From contig JAGVFW010000015.1 in the NCBI GenBank assembly GCA_020057405.1, positions 1-28,199 of the forward strand: 28,199 nucleotides of DNA. Direction: 5' to 3'. The DNA is from an archaeon. GTDB lineage: Archaea; Micrarchaeota; Micrarchaeia; Norongarragalinales; UBA97. The notes below the pieces were generated by a model. That model had not been told where the DNA came from. It did not search any database and was given only the letters and a program-made list of their open reading frames with translations. Positions 1 to 7,905 of this stretch are shown one piece after another. Position 1 is the stretch's first letter, and each line of letters opens with the position of its first letter. The position numbers and the translations under genes were made by a program.

Positions 1-1799
1 CAGTAAGCGAATTCGTTCCTGATTTCGGCCAGGCTCGCGACGCTGGTGTCAAGGAGCTTGGCCAGGTCGGAAACATCGCCTTTTCCTAAAAAAATGTAGT
101 CGAAGAATTCTGGAGTCAGCTGCTCGGGCTTCAGGCCTCCCTCGCGGATTCCCTTGATTACGGTGTAGAGGGCCATGTAAATAGTCGAGTCGCTAAGGCT
201 CTCGATAATCCACTCGTTGTTGAAGGGCAGTTGCGTGCCAAGCCCGCGCCTTCGAGCGCAGGGGCGCTTGTCGAGCCAAGCGAAAACATCCCCAAACTGC
301 TTTCGGTACTGGGGCGGGTAGATGAGCATGTCCTTGAGGCACGCGTTTGCCTTTTCCTTCCATCCTGGAGAGTTGTAGTCGATGAACCACTGGCCGGCCA
401 TCACAGCAGCAACCACTTCACCACCGCAGCGGCAAACTGCCGGCCGCGAGACTTCGAAAAAGTCGGCCGCATGGCCCGCCTGCTTTAGCCAGTCGGCAAC
501 CGCATCCTTTGCGTCGACAACGGCCATGCCTGAAAACTGCTTGTTGACCGCCTTCATCTTGCCCTTGTAGAACTCCGCCTTGTAGAGTTCGCCGGTCGCC
601 TTCTCTAGCTTGGGCTTCTCGCGCGTGTTTGCGATTTTGAGGCGCTCGACAAGCTCGGCTGCGGGAAATTCGCCATAGCCTTCAAGAGAAATGAGTGAAA
701 TGGGCACGATTGCGTCAACCGCCGCCTTCAGGCCGGGGTATTTGGCTAGCGTTTTTTCGTCCTTCTTGAGTTCCTCGATTGCGACAAAATCGTATGGCGC
801 GTGGGCTGGCACGGAATGGACAAAACCGGTTGCGTGCGACGAGTCGACAAAAGAGGCGGGCAAAATCGAGAGCGACGCTCCCGTTGCGGGCGCAGTGACG
901 CGCTTGCCTATGAAAAATTCGCCCTTGCTTTGCGCTAGGACTTCGACTTTGGCGCCCTGATGGCCTAGCTTCTCTGCTGCCTTCTTGCTGACCCACCACA
1001 CTTCGCTCCCGTCTCCCTTGCTCACTTTCACCTTTACGTAATCGCCGTCGGGGCGCACGAACATGTTGGTGACTCCGAAAATCGTGTCGGGCCGAAGTGT
1101 TGCGCTTACGAGAAACTCCTTGCTGGAAGCACCTTCAAGAGCGAACTTTACTGCAACGAAGCGCTGGACCTCGACGGGCTCGGTATCAGCGTCCTTGATG
1201 TCGTCCTCGCCGACCGCGTTTCTGTCATTGACGCAATAGAGCAGCGGATAATCTGCCTGCTTTAGGAGGCCGGCGTCCTTGAATTTGTGGAACTGCCACT
1301 CGATGAAGCGATTGTATTCCTTGTCTCCAGTAGTGAACTGGCGCGAGAAATCAAGAGAGTAGCCCATTGCTTGGAAGTCCTGCACTAGCTTGCCGCTAAA
1401 GTAGTTCACAAGCTTCCACGGGTCGGTGAAGCCCTTGACAATCCCACTAACCTTGCTTGGGTCCGCCTCGTAAATGGAAACGTAGTCCTCAAACATCTTG
1501 ACCGTCTGCTCATCGCCTGCGGCAATCTTCCCGCTGATGGCAAGAACAGGAGTGCCGGTGATGTGGAAGGCCATGGGCCAGAGGACATTGAAGCCCGCCA
1601 TGCGCTTGTAGCGCGCGATGACATCGCCATTCGTGTACGTCCTGCCGTGGCCGACGTGAAGCAGGCCCGAAACATAAGGGTACGGCACCGTGAAGAAAAA
1701 CTTCTTGCGGCTTGAGTCGGGCGTCGGCTCGAACGACTCGTGGGAATACCAGAGCTCCTGCCACTTTCGCGCGACTGCGACGAAATCCATTTCGGACAT
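1..1799 (-). CDS. leuS: Leucyl-tRNA synthetase, archaeal type (partial; runs off the left edge)
   Basis: Manual translation from ATG at 1799 gives MSEMDFVAVARKWQELW...FFFTVPYPYVSGLLHVGHGRTY (HIGH-like), WPMAFHITGTP, SATLRPDTIFGVTN, VPAHAPYD and WIIESLSDSTIYMA. Absent from the ORF track because it is truncated. Confidence 0.96.
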   Translation of the reverse strand, partial: MSEMDFVAVARKWQELWYSHESFEPTPDSSRKKFFFTVPYPYVSGLLHVGHGRTYTNGDVIARYKRMAGFNVLWPMAFHITGTPVLAISGKIAAGDEQTVKMFEDYVSIYEADPSKVSGIVKGFTDPWKLVNYFSGKLVQDFQAMGYSLDFSRQFTTGDKEYNRFIEWQFHKFKDAGLLKQADYPLLYCVNDRNAVGEDDIKDADTEPVEVQRFVAVKFALEGASSKEFLVSATLRPDTIFGVTNMFVRPDGDYVKVKVSKGDGSEVWWVSKKAAEKLGHQGAKVEVLAQSKGEFFIGKRVTAPATGASLSILPASFVDSSHATGFVHSVPAHAPYDFVAIEELKKDEKTLAKYPGLKAAVDAIVPISLISLEGYGEFPAAELVERLKIANTREKPKLEKATGELYKAEFYKGKMKAVNKQFSGMAVVDAKDAVADWLKQAGHAADFFEVSRPAVCRCGGEVVAAVMAGQWFIDYNSPGWKEKANACLKDMLIYPPQYRKQFGDVFAWLDKRPCARRRGLGTQLPFNNEWIIESLSDSTIYMALYTVIKGIREGGLKPEQLTPEFFDYIFLGKGDVSDLAKLLDTSVASLAEIRNEFAY

Positions 1800-1825
1800 A
1801 AGGTTATTTCTAGGCCCACCAAAAC

Positions 1826-1832
1826 TATTTAA
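1826..1832. promoter_or_regulatory. Probable shared TATA box for divergent leuS and kae1
   Basis: TATTTAA/TTAAATA lies in the 54-bp gap, about 22-27 nt from both start codons. An AGGTG SD-like motif precedes kae1. Confidence 0.4.
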
Positions 1833-1853
1833 CGCTCCTACAGGTGCTTTGGA

Positions 1854-2867
1854 ATGAAAATCCTTGCAATCGAGTCAACTGCACACACCATCGGCGTCGC
1901 CATAATAGAGTCCAAGGCGAAGTCCGCTACCGCAGTCTCAAAGGCCAATACTAAAGTTCTTTCAAACGAGATTGCGCGCTATCCGGCAAAGCTTGAGGGC
2001 TTCATCCCCCGAAAGCTCGCCGACCACCACGCGAAAGAATATCCCAGGGTGCTGCGTGCGGCGCTCTCGAAGGCGAAAGTGGCGCTTGCCGACATTGACT
2101 ACTTCTCCTACTCGCAGGGTCCCGGCATCGGGCACTGCCTCCGCGTTGGCTTCGTCGGCGCCCGCTCGCTCTCGCTCCTTAACGGCAAGCCGCTCATTCC
2201 AGTCAACCACACTGTCGCGCACGTCGAAGTCGGCAAGTGGGCCTGCGGCTGCGCCGACCCGCTCGTGGTTTACGTCAGCGGCGGGAACACGCAAATCCTG
2301 GCAAAACACGTCGAGCGTGGCGCGAACTACTACCACGTTTTTGGCGAGACGCTTGATGTCGGCATTGGCAACTTCCTTGACGTGATGGGCAGGGAACTGG
2401 CGCTTAGCCCGCCAAACGCAATTGGTTTCCTTGCGCTTGCGGAGAAAGGAAAAGAGTTTTTGCAACTGCCGTACACGGTGAAAGGCAACAACCTCGCCTT
2501 TTCGGGATTGCAGAGCGCTGCCTTGAGGCTCAAGGGCAAGCACCCGTCGGCAGACATTTGCTTTAGTGCGAGTGAAGTGGCCTTCTCCACCCTCGTCGAG
2601 GCAACTGAAAGAGTGCTTTGCCACACCGGCAACAAGGAAATGCTAATCGTCGGCGGGGTCGCGCAGGCAAAGCGCCTGCAGCAAATGTATTCACTCATGG
2701 CGGCCGACCACGGCGTGCGCTTTTCAGTAGTGCCACCCGTTTACGCTGGCGACCAGGCTGCAATGATTGGCATCACAGCAGTCAAGCACGCGCTTTCAAA
2801 GGACATCAGGCGCGATGTTTCTCCCAACCAGAGTATGCGCATCGATAGCCACGCCATCCGCTGGTAA
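1854..2867 (+). CDS. kae1: KEOPS t6A synthase Kae1 (TsaD family)
   Basis: Motifs ILAIESTAHT, SQGPGIG, VNHTVAHVE (HxxxH metal site), YVSGGNTQI, GETLDVGIGNFLD and VGGVA. Confidence 0.96.
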   Translation: MKILAIESTAHTIGVAIIESKAKSATAVSKANTKVLSNEIARYPAKLEGFIPRKLADHHAKEYPRVLRAALSKAKVALADIDYFSYSQGPGIGHCLRVGFVGARSLSLLNGKPLIPVNHTVAHVEVGKWACGCADPLVVYVSGGNTQILAKHVERGANYYHVFGETLDVGIGNFLDVMGRELALSPPNAIGFLALAEKGKEFLQLPYTVKGNNLAFSGLQSAALRLKGKHPSADICFSASEVAFSTLVEATERVLCHTGNKEMLIVGGVAQAKRLQQMYSLMAADHGVRFSVVPPVYAGDQAAMIGITAVKHALSKDIRRDVSPNQSMRIDSHAIRW

Positions 2868-2902
2868 TAAGGCGTATAAACCCGAATGGCTCTAAATAAA
2901 TC

Positions 2903-3556
2903 ATGAAAACCAAGATTTTACGAATCAGCCTGCGCGAGCGGGAAAAGGCCGCCAAGGCAGTCGAGCTTGCCGCAAAAGCCATTCTGGATGGCCAAATCAT
3001 AGCCTATCCAACTGAAACCACCTACGGCCTCGGCGCCGATGCGACAAACGAGGCGGCGGTGAAAAAGATTTTCGAACTCAAGGTCCGCGACGCCGACCGG
3101 GCCATGCCAATCATCGTAAGCGACCTGCGCATGGCAAAGGAATTCGCCGAAGTCGGCCCCGTTGCCGAGCACCTCGCAAACGCGTTCATGCCGGGACCCC
3201 TCACCCTAATCGTTGACAAGAAGAAAGGCATTCCCGACATCGTGAGCAGGCACGGCATCGCATTCCGCATCCCAAGCAACTACATCGCCCGCGGCATCGC
3301 AAGCCAGGCGAACAAGCCCCTCATTGCAACGAGCGCAAACATTTCCGGCCAGCCGCCTGTGGTAAAGGAAGCCGACCTCATCATCCAATTCGACACCAAA
3401 GTCAACCTCATCATCGCAACCGGCGACCTCATTTCAATGCCCCCAAGCACCGTAGTCGACGTGCGCACGCTCCCGCCAAAGCTCTTGCGACAGGGGCCAA
3501 TGCCATTTTCCGAAATCGAGGCGGAACTAAGAAAATTCGCGCCCGCGACGCCGTGA
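2903..3556 (+). CDS. tsaC: L-threonylcarbamoyladenylate synthase, single-domain TsaC/YrdC form of the Sua5 family
   Basis: Motifs AYPTETTYGLGADA, KxR (LKVR), FMPGPLTLI, FRIP and ATSANISG. At 217 aa it lacks a C-terminal SUA5 domain. Confidence 0.93.
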   Translation: MKTKILRISLREREKAAKAVELAAKAILDGQIIAYPTETTYGLGADATNEAAVKKIFELKVRDADRAMPIIVSDLRMAKEFAEVGPVAEHLANAFMPGPLTLIVDKKKGIPDIVSRHGIAFRIPSNYIARGIASQANKPLIATSANISGQPPVVKEADLIIQFDTKVNLIIATGDLISMPPSTVVDVRTLPPKLLRQGPMPFSEIEAELRKFAPATP

Positions 3557-4164
3557 GCACTATGCTTGCCCGCGGAGCCGAGGCCAAAGTCTTTCACACC
3601 ACTTACGACGGCGAGCCCGCACTCGCCAAAAGACGGCTGCCCAAAGCCTACCGGCTGGCTGCACTCGACAACACCATCCGCAAACAGCGCACGCGAAGGG
3701 AAGCCAAAATCCTTCGCGCCGCGAGGGCGGCTGGGGCAAAGTGCGCTGAACTACTAAAAGAAGACGAACAAAACTGCGAGCTCTTACTCAAGGAAGTGGA
3801 AGGAACGCTATTGAGCCGCGAGAAAACCATCGCACCAAAGCAGGCTTTCGAGGCGGGGCTGCAACTGGCGCTGTTGCACGACGCGGGCATCGTGCACGGT
3901 GACTACACCACGAGCAACCTGATTGCAGACGGCAACTTAGTTACAGTAATCGACTTCGGCTTGGGCGAGTTCTCAAACGCGGCCGAGGAAAAGGCGACCG
4001 ACGTGCTGCTCTTTGAGAAAAGCATTGCCGGCAGGGCAAACGAGCCGGCGCTTCGCTCGCACTTTGAGAAAGCCTACCTTTTGCACGCCCGCAACGGCCA
4101 TGCAACCCTAAAGAGGGTAAAGGCAATCTACGCAAGAATGCGCTACGCCAGCCAGAGCCAATGA
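3553..4164 (+). CDS. bud32: KEOPS kinase/ATPase Bud32
   Basis: Motifs ARGAEAKV, KRRLPKAYRLAALDNTIRKQRTRREAKIL, VHGDYTTSNLI and IDFGLG. GTGA overlap with tsaC. Confidence 0.95.
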   Translation: MSTMLARGAEAKVFHTTYDGEPALAKRRLPKAYRLAALDNTIRKQRTRREAKILRAARAAGAKCAELLKEDEQNCELLLKEVEGTLLSREKTIAPKQAFEAGLQLALLHDAGIVHGDYTTSNLIADGNLVTVIDFGLGEFSNAAEEKATDVLLFEKSIAGRANEPALRSHFEKAYLLHARNGHATLKRVKAIYARMRYASQSQ

Positions 4165-4216
4165 TGGCTAGCGCTAGTTGAAAGCGAAATACTCTGATGG
4201 ACCGAAGAACGGGAAC

Positions 4217-4368
4217 TTAAAGTTCGCCAGTTCTTCGCTTCATCTTGCGCTTCAAGCGCTTGCGTCGCTTCTTAATCCATTTCCAGCGCATGTGGCCTGA
4301 AAAGACAGCTTTCCATCAAACGATGAAAACGCGGTTTTCTTTTTCCACTTGCGCGGACGAGCACCCAT
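4217..4368 (-). CDS. rpl41e: Ribosomal protein eL41 (eS32), predicted join(4368..4337, 4298..4217), 37 aa
   Basis: GGAGG SD, then ATG at 4368 encoding MGARPRKWKKK. After a 38-nt insert and in another frame comes GHMRWKWIKKRRKRLKRKMKRRTGEL*. The joined sequence fits the long archaeal eL41 pattern RPRKWKKKGxMRWKWIKKR (recalled from Thermococcales). Confidence 0.9.
4299..4336 (-). other. Putative 38-nt bulge-helix-bulge/BHL-type intron in the eL41 mRNA
   Basis: Insert AACCGCGTTTTCATCGTTTGATGGAAAGCTGTCTTTTC. Central helix AAAG/CUUU with 3-nt bulges AA^A and UC^A. Inner stem AC/GU, GC/GC, UUUUCAUC/GAUGGAAA. Outer exon stem GUGG/CCAC and GCGCA/UGCGC after two A-G mismatches. Canonical cuts restore the frame. 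Confidence 0.8.
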
Positions 4369-5077
4369 TTGCTTTCCTCCGCTTAGTAAGTTCAATAACT
4401 ATCTTATCAACAACTTTTGTAGGGCTTTCCTTTATATCCTTCTCGCTAAAGCGCAGAACTAGCCAGCCATTCTCAGTTAAAACCCGGTTCACACGCACGT
4501 CTTTAACTATTGCCTTTGGAATTGAATGCCAATAATCGCCGTCACAAAACACGGCGATTTTCTCATCCGGAAACGCCTTGTCCGACTGGCAAACGCCAAG
4601 AATGGGCAAATGCTTGTAGTGCCCTATCTCTCGCCTTGAAAGTTCCCCTTCGACAAGCCGCTCAATGCTCGTGTCTTTAGTGGGTCGGGGTACGGCAAGT
4701 ATCTTGAGCCTATGCTCTTCGGATTTCTTCTTTCCGCGCATGGCTTCGGACTTGCTCATTGTCCTTATTCCAAACTCCCTGAAAAGACGGCGCAAAGTTT
4801 GGTGGTGAATGGAGAGTTTAATTGCGAGATTCTTTATCGAAATTCTCTTTTCCAAGTATTCTTCTCGCAGATAATCAGCCGTAATGTGTCCAAGCTTATG
4901 CTTTCGCCGTACTCGCCAAGATTCAAACAAATCACGAGGCCGAATGTCATAGCGCTTCAGAATCTTTGCGATGGTCTTGTAAGAGCAACCAAAATGCTTG
5001 CAAAGCTCGCGAGTGGAGAGTTCGTTCTGAACATACAATTCCTCGAGCTCTTCTCTAGGAATTACAACGTTCTTCAT
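4316..5077 (-). CDS. HTH-repeat + NUMOD3-like + Vsr/DUF559-type endonuclease; free-standing homing-endonuclease-like protein
   Basis: Two HTH-like modules (ELEELYVQNELSTRELCKHFGCSYKTIAKILKRYDI; YLREEYLEKRISIKNLAIKLSIHHQTLRRLFREFGI), a NUMOD3-like MRGKKKSEEHRLKI, and a Vsr-like core TSIE..SD..IAVFCDGDYWH..KD..L.ENGWLVLRFSE. Visibly more AT-rich than its flanks. ATG 5077 preferred over TTG 5116. Confidence 0.85.
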   Translation of the reverse strand: MKNVVIPREELEELYVQNELSTRELCKHFGCSYKTIAKILKRYDIRPRDLFESWRVRRKHKLGHITADYLREEYLEKRISIKNLAIKLSIHHQTLRRLFREFGIRTMSKSEAMRGKKKSEEHRLKILAVPRPTKDTSIERLVEGELSRREIGHYKHLPILGVCQSDKAFPDEKIAVFCDGDYWHSIPKAIVKDVRVNRVLTENGWLVLRFSEKDIKESPTKVVDKIVIELTKRRKANGCSSAQVEKENRVFIV

Positions 5078-5107
5078 TAGAAAACTAGCACTTGGGCAAA
5101 GCAATTG

Positions 5108-5133
5108 GTTTGCCAACGGTGGCTTGCCGGGCT
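5108..5133. repeat. Interspersed repeat, variant B copy 1 (GTTTGCCAACGGTGGCTTGCCGGGCT)
   Basis: Near-identical to 15051-15074 and shares GTGGCTTGCCGGG with 7257-7281 and 7906-7930. Abuts the hel308 stop codon. Confidence 0.7.
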
Positions 5134-7228
5134 AGCCGCCTTCGCCCGCTATCACGCGCTCGGCAACTTTCGCGCCAATCACTTTAGCCAATTTCTCCTT
5201 GCCTGCGGCCCGAAGCTCCTCGCGGTTCGTGATGCCCGCAATAAACAATCGCCTTGCCCTCACTCGGCCAATGCCTCGCACGCGGACGAGGTCGAGGAGC
5301 TCTTCCTTTACCCCGTGCTTGAGGCGGCGCTGCATGTTGCGCGCCTCGAGGCGCACGCTTGAGGCGTTCTTGATGTAGGCAAGTTCCGCAAGCGAGTAAG
5401 TCAGCCACTCGAGGAGCCTCACGCGCGAGTGAAGAATGCCAGGCGGCAAGTCGAATTGCGTGAAAATCGCGTCCTCGCCAGCCTCGTTAATCCAGGCGTT
5501 GGCAATCTTCGCCTGCTTGTACTTGCCCAATGCATCTTCATCAAACTCCCATCGGGAAACGGCATTATCGTCGATTTGCGCGTAAAGCTCTTCCCACAGC
5601 GCCTGCTCCTCGGCGCGGCCGACGCGCGGCAGGGGACGCAGTTCAAGGGCGCCTGCGACTTCAAGCAAGAGTGGAAACGGCCCTGCGACGGGCTTGTCAA
5701 TGTAGTCGATGAAAGCCTTTGCAGTAAGCGGGTCGATGTAAAGCTCGCTCACGCGCTTGCCAACCGGCGTTGCAATGAGCTTGCCGCCCTTCTCGCGCAT
5801 AAAATCGTACTTCATCAGCTCCATGCCCACGCGCTCGACGCGCGAGTTAAGCTGCGCGGAATCGCCGAACTGCTTGGCGAAGAAAGTGTGGCCGAAGAAA
5901 GTGAAGAGCTCCTCGAAGGAATTACAGTGGTTTGTTGCAACGAGTGCCAGGGCGTGCGTGCGAAGCGCCGGCTCGGCGCTGAGTTTTGAGAAAATGTTCT
6001 CAAGCGGGCCAAGGATGTACTTGTCCCTGACTTTACGCAAGTCGCTGGGCCCGCAGCAAATCACGCCGACTCCCTGCTTGTCGTACCTCGGCCTGCCCGC
6101 CCTGCCGAGCATCTGCGCGACTTCGAGGGCGGGAACGAAATCCGAGAAATTGCCGTCGAATCTCTTGACATCGCGAACAATGACCCAACTTGCGGGATAG
6201 TCAATGCCCATGGCAAGCGTAGTCGTTGCCACGATGCACTTGATGCAGCGCGTTTCCTTAAAGCCCCGCTCAATTATCTCGCGCTGGCGGCCTTCGATGC
6301 CGGCGTGGTGGAATGCGACGCCGGACCGCAGGCACTGCGAGAGAAGTTCGCACTGGCCAGTGGGATTCGGCAGCGCCTTGAGTGCTTTTTGCGCAAGCAA
6401 TTCGCACTGCGCCTTGTCTTCGGGTGAGAGGGCGGGACCCGTTGCGGTGATGAGCTCTCGCGCGAGCGCCTCGGCGCTGCGCCGGGTCGAGACGAAAACC
6501 AGCGATTGGCCTTTCCCCGCATTCACTGCCATTGCGCGGCGGACCAAATCGTGAACTGGCTTTTTCTCATCCATTTCAACGGCGCCGTCTTCGGAATAGA
6601 GCTTGCCCGCGCTTGCGACCATCTTGACGAGTTGGGTCGGCCGCCACTCGCTTTCAAAGAGTTTCGCGCCCATCCAGCCGGCCAACTCGCCGGCGTTTGG
6701 GATTGTGGCAGAAAGAGAGAGCACTTGCGCGCCGTTTTGCAGGAATTTCGTGAGCACGACTTCAAGGGTCGCACCCCGGCCGGCGTCATTGAGCAAGTGC
6801 GTCTCGTCGGCGACTACGAGGGACACTTGCTTTAGCCACGGCGCCTTGTGGCGCGTGAGCGAATCCATCTTCTCGCTTGTTGCAATGATGAGGTCGAATG
6901 CGGCGAGGCGGTCGCCCTCGTCGTCAAGGTCGCCCGTGCTAACGCCGACTGAGATGCCGAACTGCGAGAGGATTTGCGAAAACTCTCGGTGCTTTTCGCT
7001 TGCGAGGGCGCGAAGGGGCACGATGTAGACGGCCTTGCCGTTCTTGCGCTTGAAGTTGTCAAGCACGCGCAAGATGGCGAGGAGCGTCTTTCCGCTCGCG
7101 GTGGGTGCGCTGACGACGAAGTTGCCGGGCTCAAGCAAGCCCGCCTTCACCGCGCCCTCCTGCATTGGGTTGAGCTTGACATAGCCTAGACGCGAGAGAG
7201 TGTCCTGCAATTCGGTGATTTGCTCCAC
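5132..7228 (-). CDS. hel308: Ski2-like SF2 DNA helicase Hel308/Hjm
   Basis: APTASGKT (Walker A), IVPLRALASEK, VADETH (DExH), LSAT, VAFHHAG, ATTTLAMGID, QMLGRAGRP and a C-terminal HhH (VRGIGRVRARRL). Confidence 0.95.
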   Translation of the reverse strand: MEQITELQDTLSRLGYVKLNPMQEGAVKAGLLEPGNFVVSAPTASGKTLLAILRVLDNFKRKNGKAVYIVPLRALASEKHREFSQILSQFGISVGVSTGDLDDEGDRLAAFDLIIATSEKMDSLTRHKAPWLKQVSLVVADETHLLNDAGRGATLEVVLTKFLQNGAQVLSLSATIPNAGELAGWMGAKLFESEWRPTQLVKMVASAGKLYSEDGAVEMDEKKPVHDLVRRAMAVNAGKGQSLVFVSTRRSAEALARELITATGPALSPEDKAQCELLAQKALKALPNPTGQCELLSQCLRSGVAFHHAGIEGRQREIIERGFKETRCIKCIVATTTLAMGIDYPASWVIVRDVKRFDGNFSDFVPALEVAQMLGRAGRPRYDKQGVGVICCGPSDLRKVRDKYILGPLENIFSKLSAEPALRTHALALVATNHCNSFEELFTFFGHTFFAKQFGDSAQLNSRVERVGMELMKYDFMREKGGKLIATPVGKRVSELYIDPLTAKAFIDYIDKPVAGPFPLLLEVAGALELRPLPRVGRAEEQALWEELYAQIDDNAVSRWEFDEDALGKYKQAKIANAWINEAGEDAIFTQFDLPPGILHSRVRLLEWLTYSLAELAYIKNASSVRLEARNMQRRLKHGVKEELLDLVRVRGIGRVRARRLFIAGITNREELRAAGKEKLAKVIGAKVAERVIAGEGG

Positions 7229-7256
7229 CCTAGCATTGGGAAGTCAAAAGGATAAG

Positions 7257-7281
7257 AGCTTTCGGCAGTGGCTTGCCGGGG
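7257..7281. repeat. 25-bp direct repeat, left copy (AGCTTTCGGCAGTGGCTTGCCGGGG)
   Basis: Identical to 7906-7930. Contains an internal inverted repeat CGGCA-N6-TGCCG. Confidence 0.9.
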
Positions 7282-7290
7282 TACGGGCAG

Positions 7291-7671
7291 TCAGTAAGTG
7301 ATTACTTCGAGGCCCTTGACTCGCTTGAAGTGCTTGGAATTTCGAGTTAGCACTGGCTCGCCAAGAGTCGAGGCGGTGGCGGCAATCATTGCGTCTGCAG
7401 CGTCAATCTCTTGGCCTGACGCCCTAAGTTGGGCGAATATTGTCCCACCGAGTTCTGCGCTCTCGTCGTTTAGTGGAACCGAAGAGAAAGCCCGGAGGAA
7501 TTCCTTTCGCTTTTCTCCAAGGCCTGCGGGCCAGCCAGATGCAAGCTCAAAGACGCTCACGGAACTAATGAGGAGTTCCTGGCCTCCGCGCTGGAGCTTG
7601 CTTGCGGCTGCAACTGCCGATTGATTGCCGTTGGCCAAGTCAATGAGCACGCTCGTGTCAACTACGGCCAT
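7291..7671 (-). CDS. vapC: VapC PIN-domain toxin (ribonuclease)
   Basis: PIN acidic motifs VVDTSVLID, SSVSVFEL, DAMIAATA and LTRNSKHF; 126 aa. Confidence 0.93.
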   Translation of the reverse strand: MAVVDTSVLIDLANGNQSAVAAASKLQRGGQELLISSVSVFELASGWPAGLGEKRKEFLRAFSSVPLNDESAELGGTIFAQLRASGQEIDAADAMIAATASTLGEPVLTRNSKHFKRVKGLEVITY

Positions 7672-7877
7672 TTCCTCACCTTGAACGCTTTACGCACCAT
7701 CTTTACGCCGGCTTCGAGTTCCTTCGCCTCTTCGTCTGAAAGAATGCCCGCCACATCGGTTATCGAGGGCTTGCTCAACAAGCGCAGCACTTCCTGAGTG
7801 AAGCTCTCGCTCCCGCGCTTGTGCCGCCGGAGGGTTTCGTAAGCCTCGGTTGAGAGGCTGATGTTCTTGTAGGCCAT
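7662..7877 (-). CDS. vapB: VapB antitoxin (archaeal COG1753/DUF217-like)
   Basis: MAYKNISLSTEAYETLRRHKRGSESFTQEVLRLL...AGILSDEEAKEL. Overlaps the vapC start. Alternative start at 7889. Confidence 0.88.
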   Translation of the reverse strand: MAYKNISLSTEAYETLRRHKRGSESFTQEVLRLLSKPSITDVAGILSDEEAKELEAGVKMVRKAFKVRKWP

Positions 7878-7897
7878 ACACAGATACATACACAGAT
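7875..7897 (-). promoter_or_regulatory. Tandem 11-bp direct repeat (ATCTGTGTATG x2) at the vapB start; possible autoregulatory operator
   Basis: Exact copies at 7887-7897 and 7875-7885, between a BRE/TATA-like GAAAGCTTTAAG and the start codon. Confidence 0.5.
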
Positions 7898-7905
7898 CAA
7901 CTTAA

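Noticed and set aside
4161-4197. Possible C/D box sRNA (ATGATGG...CTGA) after bud32
   Set aside because: Box C is imperfect, the span is only 37 nt, and there is no convincing C'/D' pair.
4217-4291. eL41 as a simple unspliced 24-aa ORF starting at MRWKW
   Set aside because: Possible and not excluded, but it has no SD and does not explain the upstream GGAGG-ATG-GARPRKWKKK segment or the BHB geometry that restores the frame exactly.
4299-4336. Ribosomal frameshift or translational bypass instead of splicing
   Set aside because: A frameshift would leave about 13 foreign residues inside a conserved motif. A bypass needs matching take-off and landing codons, and these are AAA versus TCA.
4245-4535. 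Plus-strand 96-aa ORF with a basic N-terminus
   Set aside because: Antisense shadow of eL41 and the nuclease gene; no family features.
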